Assembly: GCF_001194135.2 (NCBI RefSeq)
Contig: NC_068981.1
Span: forward strand, 120,978,405-121,042,404
DNA length: 64,000 nt
Source: Octopus bimaculoides
Taxonomy: Eukaryota
Direction: 5' to 3'
Shown one piece after another: positions 13,443-26,551 of this stretch; the stretch's first letter is position 1; every line of letters starts with the position of its first letter. Both the position numbers and the translations under genes were made by a program. Under the pieces are notes generated by a model. The model did no database searches, was not told the origin of the DNA, and worked only from the letters and a program-made list of their open reading frames with translations.

Positions 13443-13479
<37 letters not shown>
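13246..13479 (+). mobile_element. CORE-type tRNA SINE head with internal (TA)n; other copies ~1400-1580 (-), 14495-14600, 20465-20600 (-), 23993-24160, 38320-38430, 56740-56900 (-)
   Basis: ggctgtgtggtaag A box, ggttcagtc B box, MIR-like cttgggcaagtgtctt core, followed by microsatellite. Matching tail segments (caaggtggtgccccagcatggcc..gactgaaacaag) at 1-185, 2350-2560, 9380-9490, 11075-11165 and 39510-39720. Confidence 0.85.
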
Positions 13480-15711
13480 NNNNNNNNNNNNNNNNNNNNN
13501 NNNNNNNNNNNNNNNNNNNNNNNNNNNNNNNNNNNNNNNNNNNNNNNNNNNNNNNNNNNNNNNNNNNNNNNNNNNNNNNNNNNNNNNNNNNNNNNNNNNN
13601 NNNNNNNNNNNNNNNNNNNNNNNNNNNNNNNNNNNNNNNNNNNNNNNNNNNNNNNNNNNNNNNNNNNNNNNNNNNNNNNNNNNNNNNNNNNNNNNNNNNN
13701 NNNNNNNNNNNNNNNNNNNNNNNNNNNNNNNNNNNNNNNNNNNNNNNNNNNNNNNNNNNNNNNNNNNNNNNNNNNNNNNNNNNNNNNNNNNNNNNNNNNN
13801 NNNNNNNNNNNNNNNNNNNNNNNNNNNNNNNNNNNNNNNNNNNNNNNNNNNNNNNNNNNNNNNNNNNNNNNNNNNNNNNNNNNNNNNNNNNNNNNNNNNN
13901 NNNNNNNNNNNNNNNNNNNNNNNNNNNNNNNNNNNNNNNNNNNNNNNNNNNNNNNNNNNNNNNNNNNNNNNNNNNNNNNNNNNNNNNNNNNNNNNNNNNN
14001 NNNNNNNNNNNNNNNNNNNNNNNNNNNNNNNNNNNNNNNNNNNNNNNNNNNNNNNNNNNNNNNNNNNNNNNNNNNNNNNNNNNNNNNNNNNNNNNNNNNN
14101 NNNNNNNNNNNNNNNNNNNNNNNNNNNNNNNNNNNNNNNNNNNNNNNNNNNNNNNNNNNNNNNNNNNNNNNNNNNNNNNNNNNNNNNNNNNNNNNNNNNN
14201 NNNNNNNNNNNNNNNNNNNNNNNNNNNNNNNNNNNNNNNNNNNNNNNNNNNNNNNNNNNNNNNNNNNNNNNNNNNNNNNNNNNNNNNNNNNNNNNNNNNN
14301 NNNNNNNNNNNNNNNNNNNNNNNNNNNNNNNNNATTTTCATGTTTGAACATGAGTATGAATTTAACTGCAAACGTATCAATTACAAATTGCATTATTCAT
14401 TATAATCTATTTTGTTAGATTTAATTAGCTATCTACTCAGGACACATTATTCATTCAGTTTTCATTTCATTTAACTGTATGTTTACATATTAGGGGCAAG
14501 CATGGGTGTGTGGTTGATAAATTTGCTTCCCAATCACATGGTTTTGGGTTCAGTCTCATTGTGCGACACCTTGGGCAAGTATCTTCTATTACAGGGTTCA
14601 AATGTACAAAAAAAAAAAAAACCCAAAAAACCAAAAGACAGAGACAGACACTCAGGAAAAATGGAGATGTCTTTGACTTTTAGAGCCTATGCTCTCTGAC
14701 AGAAAGAAATGAAGAAAGAAAACAGAAAGAAATGAACACGGAGAGAGTAAAGAACAAAAACGTGTCTGGGTTAACAGTTTCACATGACTGAACTTCTTCC
14801 TGTCTTGGACCCTCGTTTCTCCTACCTTCTTCTCAGACCTTTGGCATCTTTCCAGGAACCACTTTACCAACACACCACCTGGATTACCATTGGTCTCTTC
14901 ATGGACTCTACTATCATGGTTCTTGCTGTACATTATTGTCTTCTGTTATTGTCCTGGGCTGACCAGACTTTGTCAGTGAATTTGGCAGACAGAAACTGAA
15001 AGAAACCCATCATGTGTGTGTGTAGGTGTATGTTTATGTTTTCTTGGTCTAGCATGGCGAGATAGTTGTAAATGAGTGTCTCTGTCATACTAGTAATATT
15101 ATTCATTGAGAATATTCTGTCAAAAATATGTCTGGTCATGGAGGAATATTACTTTGAATGGAAGCAAGTGAGGGTAGTGACAGGAAGATCATCCAGCTGT
15201 AGAAAGCCTGCCTCATTAAAATCTATCCAACCCATGCAAGCTTATCTAAGTGGATACTAAACAATGATGGCAATTTACATAGTTATTAAACTTTTTACTG
15301 TTTGTGCAACTTAAATATTGACTATGAAGCAGATTATTATTATTTTTTTTATGTATGTGTGTGTTACTTAACATGAAATGACCTTGTTTGATTATACTGC
15401 CTGCAATAATTCTTTGGCAGCATATATCAGAGAGATATTACTTTGACATCATATATCTTGGGAAATTACATTCATTGTTATGAACCAAATTTGTTCTAAC
15501 TTTTGGAATTCCACAGGAATATTCAACTGCTTTTACAGATTCAAAGTAATTTGCTCTCGACAAGCTATGAATTAGTGGAAGCAGAGGTTCTTTGCATAAA
15601 CATTAAATTGACAATATAAAAGTCTTTGCTCTACTGTTACATCTTGTTCTTATAGCAGTGTCTTTGGATTTGTGGTCTGCTTGATTCAAGAATTATCATA
15701 TATATATACAT

Positions 15712-15782
<71 letters not shown>

Positions 15783-15940
15783 CACACACATATGTATATA
15801 TACACACACACACATGCACCCACATACATACATATATATATATCATACATACGCGAACACACACATATCTATAATACACACATTTTTTTTGTAGTTTCAG
15901 CTCAGAGCTGTGGCCATCCTGGGGCACTGCCATTTTCCCA

Positions 15941-16626
15941 CACTGTTATTACTGAGACCTTCCTCTAATATGTGGCACTTGGTGAAGAATGGAGTTTGAT
16001 GTTGCTATCCTCATTTGCACCTCTTGCCATGAGGTAGGTTCATCTGGGACTCTCGATAGGAAGAGGTCCAGTTTTGATTTGAAAATACCTACATCCACTT
16101 TGTAGGTCCCTCAGGCTCTTTGGGAGAATATTAAAAAGTTGTGGGCCCCTAAAAGCCAGGCTGTTGCAGTAACTCATCCTGAAGCACAGTGGCATTGCTG
16201 GGATCTTTGGCACTGTGCAGTGTCAACCCGTTCTGGCATTGGTCTAGCTTTCAACACCAAAATTTGGTACAATTCCTTCCAGGATCTTCCAGATGTATAT
16301 TACTGCATACCTCTCCCGCCTTCACTCCAGGAAGTAGAGTCTTAGCTGTTTCAGCCTTTCCCAGTAGCTGTTGGGTGTCTATAGCTGGGAGCAGTAATCC
16401 AGGTGACTGAGGATGAATGTCCTCCAGAGGACCATCATGGTTTCCTTCTCTGGTTCTGAATGTTCTCAGGATCCATCTAGCCAGTTGTCTGCACTTTGTC
16501 GCCATCCTGGTAATGTGCACTTGGAAAGAGGTATCATCACTCATGTTGATACCCAGGTCCCTCACTGATTTAGGCTCAGGGATTGCAATCCTCTGTGGAC
16601 CAGTGTACCCTGTAAGTTTATATTCA
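15941..16626 (-). mobile_element. CR1-clade LINE ORF2 3' fragment
   Basis: IPEPKSVRDLGINMSDDTSFQVHITRMATKCRQLARWILRTFRTRE, then frameshifted LDYCSQL-like and IYIWKILEGIVPN-like motifs. Confidence 0.85.
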
Positions 16627-16629
16627 GTT

Positions 16630-19600
16630 TTGGATGTTGGTAGCACAGAGCTTGGAATTTTTCAGCATTAAACTGCATATTATTATCCTCAGCCCATGAT
16701 GTGGAAAAGGTGTCCAAATTCTATACACACTATCTATACAAACACATACTATCGCCAAAAATGTGGTATCGCGATGGGTACCAAAGCTGCACCAGTCCTT
16801 GCAAACCTTATAATGGGTTTTGACACCACACTTCCTGTTTAATACATAAACTCTCAGCCTTTTTTTAAACACAACACCATTCTTAATTCCATGCATCCTA
16901 ATCTATCTAACAATTATCTACATGGATTACCATTGAACTTCAAAAACTCAAAGACAATATAATGTATTGGTATATTTATTTTTTTATATATTTTTTATAT
17001 TTTTGTAAAAAACATTATTTTCATTTTCCCTCTTCTTNNNNNNNNNNAAAGACAATATAATGTATTGGTATATTTATTTTTTTATATATTTTTTATATTT
17101 TTGTAAAAAACATTATTTTCATTTTCCCTCTTCTTGAAAATTTGCCATGCAATGAAAGCCGGTTAGAAATCCTTTTTAATCCTCCTTATGCACATCTATA
17201 TTAAAATATGCTTTCAGTTTAGCATTCTGCCTTATTAGTTTTTATTTTCCTATTATTTCTCCACATGCGGTTAACACAACCCCACCGAAACATCTATAGC
17301 CAACTTCCTTGATGTCACTCTAGACCTACACACATAAACCTTCTTCCCTTACCACAAACCCTCCACTAACCTTAAATACATTAGCAAATTCAGTAATCAT
17401 CCTAATTCGGTAACAAGAAATTTAGTTAGGAACATTTAACTTAGACTATCAAATTTATCCACAAACGAAAATATCTTCAATAAGGAAGCTGACTTCTACA
17501 ACTCTGCTTTATAAAATGAGGATATAGAGAAAAAGTTAGTTATATTAATTCTACTTATGAAACCGATACCCGTAATAATAATAATAATATAGATTTTAAT
17601 ATAACAGCAACGATAAATACAATTATCATCATAAAACTTTTGACGATAATGAGCCGTCAAACATTTCTTTACGTTATAGGGGAAGTAACCGCCAGTTTAA
17701 ACCCTTTTTCAATAATAACAATAATAAATTGAAACTATTTAGAAATAATAATAGCAAACATTCTAAACCAGAATCTGATTAAAATATTTGGATGATAGTA
17801 CCTTTTGGTAAAAATGTAAAATCAAACTTGGTTTCCCAGTTCCAAAATACTGTTAATAAGAATTTTCCAAAATATTCTCATTATTTCCCAGTCATAAATA
17901 CGCACAGGGTTAGATTCGGTTTCTCTAACACTAAAAACATCTCACAAATAATATCCGCACACAATATGAGACTTTTACATTCACAAGAGAGTACCAACAG
18001 TAATAACATTAAGTCAGACATTACAAACCTTTACCATAATAACAATAATAACACTAATAATAAACCAAGGAACAATAATTATAATATGATATATAATAAT
18101 AATAATCATAACAACAAAATCATTATTTCTGAAGTTAATAGCAAAAGAATTAGTTTCTTAAGTGATAATGCCAAACTCAAAAACACTATGTATCAATGCC
18201 AGGTCAGTACTCCTACAAATGTGTCCTTTTATATTGGATCATCCTCTTCGCCAATATCCTCCAGAATTTCTAATCATTATTCTTACTTTAGAGATAGAAA
18301 CAAACGAAATACCACGAGCCTTAGTAAATTAATCTGGGAACTTAAAGACAATAGCATAAAATTTAAACTGGACTGGCTAATTCTTTCTATTTCTAGGACA
18401 TATGAAAAGGGCAGAAGATTCTGTCCATTATGTAATACTGAGCTATTTTAAATTTTATTTTCAAAGAATAAACTGGTGAACACGTTCATCGAAAACTCTT
18501 ACAAATGTAAACATTGGCAGCAACACATGTTCATAGCGTTTAAATAATAAACACTTATTTACAAAACGCTAACAAATTAACTTGTAATGCATTAGTTCCT
18601 CAAATAATTCTAGAAACACATGACGTTTATACCCTTATATGTTAAAAGATATCATAGATTGATTACGATTGACATATGATATCTAAATATTCTTTATTTG
18701 TAAACCTAAATTAGAACACCAACAAAATCTTTAAACATACACTAGAGCATTATTTTCAGTTTAATTCATCATAAACATTACTTCCTACAATTGTCTAAAA
18801 TGATACTTCATTGTACTTCAATATCATTCATTTACGACTTCCAATTTATTCAGCAATAATAAGAGTTTTTTATGTTCATTGCTTTCTTAGTGAGAGTATT
18901 CTAAATCTACGATTCTAATTTATCATCTTTACGTTCCTAGAAACATCTTTAATTCTAAAACAATCCTAGTTTAATTGTTTATTCTTATAGCAAGATATAT
19001 CCCAAACATTTAAATATTCTAGTATATGACGCATAAATTACTGATCAACATAATATTTTTTTTTTTTTAATCTTGAAAAAACTTTTACATTAATAGATAT
19101 GGTACGGAATCACTGTAGTAAACCTTGTTTATAATATTAACTTTGTCTTCTTAAGCAATCTTTACTCATTCAACCCCTACTTCAGCCCAACTCTTTTTAC
19201 ATCTATATTAATAAAATAATCCATTCATGTAGATTAATAGACCACCCATTAACTTTATTATTTATTAACTAATTATCAATCATTTAATATCTCATTCACT
19301 AATATAAGAATCACCTTCCGATAAATATCCCTCTGCTTTATTATTAATCACCACACATCTACCATATGTATATACGTACTAAGGAGTGTATACTATTGCG
19401 TATGCGTATCTATGTAAATACATGTAACAACACATACATAAATATGTGTGTGCGAATGTATGTGTATGAGTGTTCGTATGTACATATGTATCTGTGTGTG
19501 TGTGTGTACATTCATGTTTTTGTATGAAACTATGTGTTTGTGTAGATTTTTGTATATATTTGTTGTTATTAATAATAAAAATATATATGAATATGTGCGT

Positions 19601-19712
19601 ATATATGCTTGGTTGGATGTATGTATGTTTATGTATGTATATGTTTATGTTTGTATATATACACGTGTGTGTATGTATATATATATGTGTGTGTATGTGC
19701 GTGTATATATGC

Positions 19713-19744
<32 letters not shown>

Positions 19745-19759
19745 GGATATATGTATATG

Positions 19760-19792
<33 letters not shown>

Positions 19793-20440
19793 TTGTACGT
19801 ATGTGTATATATGTATGCATATATGTATTTATTCGAGTATATGTATGTTTGTGTGTGAGTATGTATGTGTGTATATATGCGCGTATACATGAGTATATAT
19901 GACTATATACATTTATCTCAGCATTTTTTGTAGAAATACAAGATTAACCCCCCCTTTACGATCACATTTTTTACATAACATTCCTCTCCAATTTTTATCG
20001 GATTTATATCATCTTATTATCTCCCAACTTTACACTCTGAATTTTCTTTCTTTTTTTCTTTTTTCTTTCCTTCTTTTCTTCCCTTCTTGTCCAACGTACT
20101 ATGTGGTAGCGTCCCAATCTCCAATGGCTTTTTCAAATAAATTACGTTATAACCTTCTCCAACTATAGTTCTTATATTCGGTTAAAATGTCTTACGTTTA
20201 AGCTGGTTCCCATACATTTCCCTGAAGAGAAGATTACATTTTTAACATCGCCAATTCCTATGGAAGGTATAATTTATAATCTTCGAAACATATGTTGGAA
20301 ATAAAAGTATGCAGNNNNNNNNNNAAGATTACATTTTTAACATCGCCAATTCCTATGGAAGGTATAATTTATAATCTTCGAAACATATGTTGGAAATAAA
20401 AGTATGCAGTTAACATATGCGTTTTACTCCATTCATTAAA
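16630..20440 (+). mobile_element. 5'-truncated, decayed Penelope-like retroelement (RT, GIY-YIG endonuclease, long 3' UTR/pLTR with hammerhead)
   Basis: RT motifs CGIAMGTKAAPVLANLIMG (~16750-16820) and ANFLDVTLDL..PYHKP..SNHP (~17300-17410). ORF 17792-18451 carries ...MYQCQV..SFYIGS..ISNHYSYFR..TSLSKLIWELKD..W.IL..YEKGRRFCPLCNTE. A microsatellite lies at 19360-19900 and the HHR at 20211. Confidence 0.9.
20211..20311 (+). ncRNA. Minimal type-I hammerhead ribozyme with intact core
   Basis: Stem I CATAC-ATTTCC / GGAAAT-(AAAA bulge)-GTATG. Core CTGAAGA 20222-20228. Stem II GAAGATTA/TAATCTTC (8 bp, G-C closing). GAAA 20285-20288. Palindromic stem III ACATATGT. GUU triplet, predicted cleavage between 20296 and 20297. 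Confidence 0.8.
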
Positions 20441-22229
20441 TTTATATATATATATATATATATATATAGGCTTCTTTCAGTTTCCTTCTACCAAATCCAC
20501 TCACAAAGCTTTGGTCAGCCCAAGGCTATAGTAGATGACAGTTAGTAGATGACAGGAACTGAACCCAGAAGCAAGCTTCTTACCACACAGCCACACCTGC
20601 ACATATATGATGAGTTTCTTTCAGTTTCTGTCCACCAAATCCTCTCACAAGCTCTTGGTCAGCCCTGAGCCACAGCAGAAAATACTATATTAGAATGTCT
20701 ACATTTGGATAAGAATATCAATCCCCAATGGTGGATTGGCAGAAACATTAGGGGTCAGGAAAAATACCTGTTGCATTTAGATATGGCCCTTTATATTCTG
20801 CGTACAAACACCTCTGATTTATACTTTCTTTCACCTTCCCAAGATTAATGAAATATAGTAACATTCAAGTCTTGCAAATGGTTTGATAATTTTACAGAGC
20901 ATCGTAGATGTGAATGAAATTAAAATAGATGATGATAAATTTTGTGTCTTTCACAGAGCTTTTTAATTTTCTTGAATTAAATATGTCTTCATTCAGTTAG
21001 CAATTTCTTAGAATGCAGATGGCATCTCAAAATGATTTGAAATAGTTAATTGTTTTATCTCTTTGTGACTGTAATTTTAATGAAATGCCTTGCTTTAATT
21101 TTTAATATAATCAATAATTTCAAGTGATTTTGGGAAAAAACTTATTCATTATTTGAGCTGGTGTTTGGAATATAACAAAAGTCTCTTATATAAAATTATG
21201 ACAGAAAGTTTTAATATAAATGTGAGGTTTTGTATCATAGAACCATAGTTTTGCTATTGTTGATGGTTTGGTAGGCAAAGGGTTAAAATAGCATACATGA
21301 AAATATCAAAGTGTAAAATACTATTTTAGTAACCTAAAATCAATAGTTTAGTCCACTCTACTGTAGTTCTTTGGTTTTTCATTAACCCCATGACAAAGGA
21401 ATTTAAAATGATTGAGGAGAAACTTTGGGTACTATTGTTACTAATGATGGCAATGGTGATGATGATAATGGTTGTAGAGGCAATGATTATTTATGGAAAA
21501 CAAATTGCAGCCAGTCATACTGGCTTGCTTTGGAATTGGTTTTCTTTTGACCCTATGAAAAGGGTACTTATTCTATTGACCCTGCAGAATTGTAAAGCTA
21601 ATGCATCTCTAACATCGTATATCTTCTCTACCCAAACCGTCATACCTATTTATCTATCCTCTTCCTTCCACCTTTTTTTTTTTGTATCTCACTTCGCAGA
21701 TGTTACTCTAAATACTATAAATAGTTTTTAAACTTTGGAACTTTTGGCCTACATGATTTCTCTTCTTGCTAACATGGAAACTGATAATCAATCAATGTCA
21801 ATAGTGTAAGAGGTCTTGCAGAAGTCATGCTAACTGACTAACTTTGTATTTGAACAGATCCTGATTTGGTTACTAGAACATCTGTTTGATTCCACTACCA
21901 TTAAATATCATCAGTTCCATCATTCTTACCTCAGTGCCAATTCGTATTGCTTAGTAATCATAAGAAAAAAGTAAAACAAATCTTCAATGAAATAACCTTG
22001 CTGTACATGTGACTACCAGGCCTCATTTACATATGGTCTTGGTGGTAGCAGCACTACTGCTGCTGGTGGGGACCATGACAATGATTGTTGCTGTTGTTGT
22101 TATTGAAGAGGTGGTGGTATAGGTCACAGTAGTAGCCAGGGAAACCTTATGGCTATAATTAATTTTGATGAAGAAACATATATTCTCTCAAAACATGCAT
22201 AAGGTCTTTCTTATTGACTGTAGTTTGGC

Positions 22230-22720
22230 AGTTGGATTGTGTTGTGTAGTGTAGAGACTCAAGCCATGATATGGTGTGGAGAAGAATGTGGAAGCCTGGT
22301 CATGATGTTGTGTGAAGTGATGTGTGGAAGTCTTTTCATATTGTGTGGAAGTTGTAGCATCAATGTCATAATATGGTGTGGAGTAGTGTGTGTAGTGATG
22401 CGTGGAAGTCAAGGCTTTGATGTCATGATGTGTGGTGAGAAATGTGTAAATCTTGTCATGTTGTGTGAAGTCATGGCATTGAGGTCATGACGTGTGGAGT
22501 GAAATGTGGAAGTGTTGTCATGTGCAGAGTGATGTGTAGAAGTTATAGCATTGATGTCACGACGTGTGGAAGAGAATGTTTGAAGTCTTGCACATATTGT
22601 GCAAAGTGTAATGTGAAAATCAGGCCATACTGTGTGAAGTGTGTTATAGCATAGTATAGTGTGACAGTACTGGCATGTTGTACAGGATGTAAAGTGGAGA
22701 TCTGGACATGTGTGGGATAT
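22230..22720. repeat. Degenerate TG-rich minisatellite (~70-bp unit)
   Basis: Recurrent gcattgatgtcatgacgtgtggag..aatgtggaagtcttgtcatgttgtgtgaagt-like unit, about 5 diverged copies. Confidence 0.6.
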
Positions 22721-23002
22721 GATGTGATAATCATTATGTGGGTGGATTGTAACATTGTTCTTAGACCATGTTGTCCTAAGTGAATATGTTAGTTAGGATA
22801 TATGGAGTTGTGTTTTTATTTTTTGTTTGTTTTGGTTTTTCCGTCTGAATAGTTTTCTTGTTAGAATATATTTTGAACCATAAATCAGATCTAATTCTGT
22901 AATGGTTTTTGTATTCATTCTTGATTTTGCTTTTTAACTCTATGGAAATATTTTTCCGTGAATTAAATGGATTCTATTTTTGTTTGTTCCATTTCTTTAC
23001 AG

Positions 23003-23074
23003 ATCTCTGCAATTTGGAAGTTCTCTACTTGGACAGAACCAAAATAACCAATGCATCTGCAGCTGTGTTTGAAT
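23003..23074 (+). CDS. LRR gene exon
   Basis: atttctttacag acceptor, GTAAGT donor. 72 nt = one 24-aa LRR, (D)LCNLEVLYLDRTKITNASAAVFE. Phase 1 to phase 1. Confidence 0.9.
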
Positions 23075-24158
23075 GTAAGTATTTCCTTGTGACTTATCTA
23101 TACTCAGTATTTTTAAAACATCCCTATCAAACCATTGTTTATTATTAAACAATGTTTATTATTAATGTCTGAAAAAGTGGCGAGTCAGCAGAAACATTAT
23201 CCCATCAACAAAATACATAGTGACATTTCGTCTTTTTTGTCCTGAGTTCAAATGCTACCGGGGTCACCTTTGCTTTCATGTTTTCTGGGATGATAAAATA
23301 AGTAGCAGTTGAACACTTGGGTTGATGTAATTGACTTACCCTCTCCACTGAAATTGCTGGTCTTGTCCTTTCCTTATGATCTGAGTTCAAATTCTGCTGA
23401 GGCTGACTTTGCTTTATATCCTTTTGAGACCAATGGAATAGGTACCAGTTGAGCACTAGGGTTGATGTAACTGGCTAGCTCCCTCTCCACTAAAATTTCA
23501 GGCCTTGTGCCTATAGTAGAAAGGATTATTGATAAAAATTATGATGAAAATAATATTGGTTTCAAATTTTGTCACAAGGCCATCAACATCAGGGTAGGGG
23601 TGAGACAATTACATCAAACTCAGAACTCAAATTGGTACTTATTTTATCAACCCTGAAAGGATGAAAGACAAAGTTGACCTTGGTGGAATTTGAACTCAAA
23701 ACATAAAGACAGATTAAGCATTTTGCCTGGCATGCTAATGATTCTACCAGCTTGCCGCTTTTATGAAGAAGATAATATTGGTGGTAGTCATGGCAACAAC
23801 AGTATCTAGGTCAGCATTATTTTTATGTAGGCTTTCATTTTAAAGAGTTTAATAAGGTTGTGATTCTGAATACCTTTGACCTTTAGCATTTAAACTAGCC
23901 ATATCAGGTTAAAACATTCTACCTGTTTTATGTTTAAACTGGCCAGCTCTACCCTCTCACACCTATCCTACAATGTTATTCTAAAAATAGACAGGTGCAG
24001 ATGTGGCTGTTTGGTAAGAAGCTTGCTTCCTAATAACATGGTTCTGGATTCAGTCCTACTGTGTGGCAACTTGGACAAGTGTCTTCTACTACAGCCTTGG
24101 GCTGACCAAAGCCTTGTGAGTGGATTTGATAGAAGGAAACTGAAAGAAGCCTATGGTG

Positions 24159-24205
<47 letters not shown>

Positions 24206-24450
24206 GCACACACACACACACACACACACACTTTTCTACTCTAGGCACAAGGCCTGAAATTCTGGGGGGAGTGGGTCAGTCAATTAGATCGACCCCAGCA
24301 TGCAACATCNNNNNNNNNNNNNNNNNNNNNNNNNNNNNNNNNNNNNNNNNNNNNNNNNNNNNNNNNNNNNNNNNNNNNNNNNNNNNNNNNNNNNNNNNNN
24401 NNNNNNNNNNNNNNNNNNNNNNNNNNNNNNNNNNNNNNNNNNNNNNNNNN

Positions 24451-24483
<33 letters not shown>

Positions 24484-24663
24484 TATACATATATATATAT
24501 ACATATATACACACACACAATTAATGTATTTATTTTCACTGCTCTTGTTTAGCAAGTGCTGTCTGAGAGTGACTATACAATATTTGAAAGCTGTCTGTAT
24601 TTATTTATGTTTGTATGTTTATGTATATATGTGCATATACAACCTAATATTGTTTTCTTTCAG

Positions 24664-24703
24664 CATTCCCCAAACTGCTTGAACTAAGCCTTGCTTCAAC
24701 CAG
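24664..24703 (+). CDS. LRR gene exon
   Basis: ttttctttcag acceptor, GTAAT donor. 40 nt, (S)FPKLLELSLAST(R). Phase 1 to phase 2. Confidence 0.85.
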
Positions 24704-26491
24704 GTAATGTTATGTTCTTATTCTTTCTACTTTCAACATTTACTAATTACCAATATTTATCTTCATTACAATTTGGTATTGGCATGACTATGTGTTTAAG
24801 TAGTTTGTTTCACAGTTACATGACTTTGGGTTCATTTGTAATGCACAGCACCTGAGATTGGTGTCTTCTCTCATGGATATATGAATGGAGTTGGGTAGAT
24901 GGAAATTGTGAGGAAACCTGTCTGATTGACAATATCAGTCATAGTTGGAAGATTCAATTCATTCCTAGGTTTAGCATTATTATCTAAACATTAGGGGCTG
25001 TTAGTTGGAATCCTTCTTATACAAACATCTGGAGTAACCTTTATTCTGAAGATAATTTGGAGTTGTGCCTTATTTCTCTCATCTCAATAGTTTCTCAGAG
25101 GCCCTGTGAAAGCTCACAGCATCATCATATTCACTGTACAGTTGCTCACACTTCTAGAAATAGCCATACTTTCCTCAATTAGACATTACCATCTTTACAA
25201 AGCTAGGAGTCCTGTGTATCCAGAATAATGCAATCCTGGCATAAAGCCACTCACCACATGCAGTGAAGGGGCACATGTAATCTGAATGCTAAAGAGTTAA
25301 ATGAATGTTTTTCCTTCTACTCCTACACCATCTCAGTTCAGTAATCCCTTTCTTATCCTTCAACTCACCTCACCTCAGTTTTTCCCTCCACCTCACCCAA
25401 GCAAACAATTGCTTCTTCTCACTTCATTTCTCTTTCCTTCTACTTCTCTGACAAAATCTCTCCCTTCTATTTCTCTCCTTTCTATGTATGAAGTTCACAC
25501 TTACTTGCATTCCTCATCAGTTGCAGCCAATCTTTCCATTTCCAAAGTTGTAAACGTCTGCTGTCTTTCCTTTATTCTCTTCTCAACATTTTCCAGAAGA
25601 AGGATTCTGACTGAAATGTTGGATTTTCCACTCCCAGTGTTAATTTCACTGTATTCTTTCAGTCAATTGTTCTAGAGAATTCAAGTCCTGTTTCACATAT
25701 CCTTCCCTTGGCCAGTGTATCTATATATCTGTTCTGCTACTCTTCACTCCCATACATAATTGGACTCACCCTACCCCTTTATTCCATTACTACATCTACC
25801 CCCCCCCCCCCAGTACTTGTTTTTCATTCATCATGTTCACATATATCTCATTTTTCTCCATTTTCACTTCTAACATAAAAGTAATAGAAATAAATTATCC
25901 ACACAGTATTCATAAAGACCTGTTGAAATGCCACCTTTCAGAATTTCGTTTTGGGATCACCACTACTTTATTATCTCCCCTTCTTCCTAGCTTTCCTGTG
26001 AGACCCCTCTGTCCAGCATTTGCCATGATAGAGCACTAGCCACTAAACTTTTTTGTATTTTCTCGCCCTGTTTATTTCTGTGTTCCTGTCTATTGAAGAG
26101 CGTATGCTCAAAACATAAAAGACTTTCTCACTTCCCGAGCGTTAAACTAATACATCTTCGTCTTTTGTTGTTTTGTAATTTCTCACTATATATATANNNN
26201 NNNNNNNNNNNNNNNNNNNNNNNNNNNNNNNNNNNNNNNNNNNNNNNNNNNNNNNNNNNNNNNNNNNNNNNNNNNNNNNNNNNNNNNNNNNNNNNNNNNN
26301 NNNNNNNNNNNNNNNNNNNNNNNNNNNNNNNNNNNNNNNNNNNNNNNNNNNNNNNNNNNNNNNNNNNNNNNNNNNNNNNNNNNNNNNNNNNNNNNNNNNN
26401 NNNNNNNNNNNNNNNNNNNNNNNNNNNNNNNNNNNNNNNNNNNNNNNNNNNNNNNNNNNNNNNNNNNNNNNNNNNNNNNNNNNNNNNNNNN

Positions 26492-26551
<60 letters not shown>

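Noticed and set aside
17792-18451. 219-aa open GIY-YIG ORF as a possible domesticated nuclease gene
   Set aside because: The upstream RT is full of stops, the Cys-rich linker is replaced by an (AAT)n-derived Asn tract, and a stop truncates the domain C-terminus. This is consistent with a chance-open TE remnant.
20325-20409. Apparent tandem second copy of the hammerhead, which would suit dimeric cleavage
   Set aside because: It is a 100% identical 85-bp repeat across a 10-N gap, and the same pattern occurs at other gaps (16950-17037 vs 17048-17135; 6213-6265 vs 6525-6577). It is most likely an unmerged contig overlap. Long reads could still rescue it as a true tandem.
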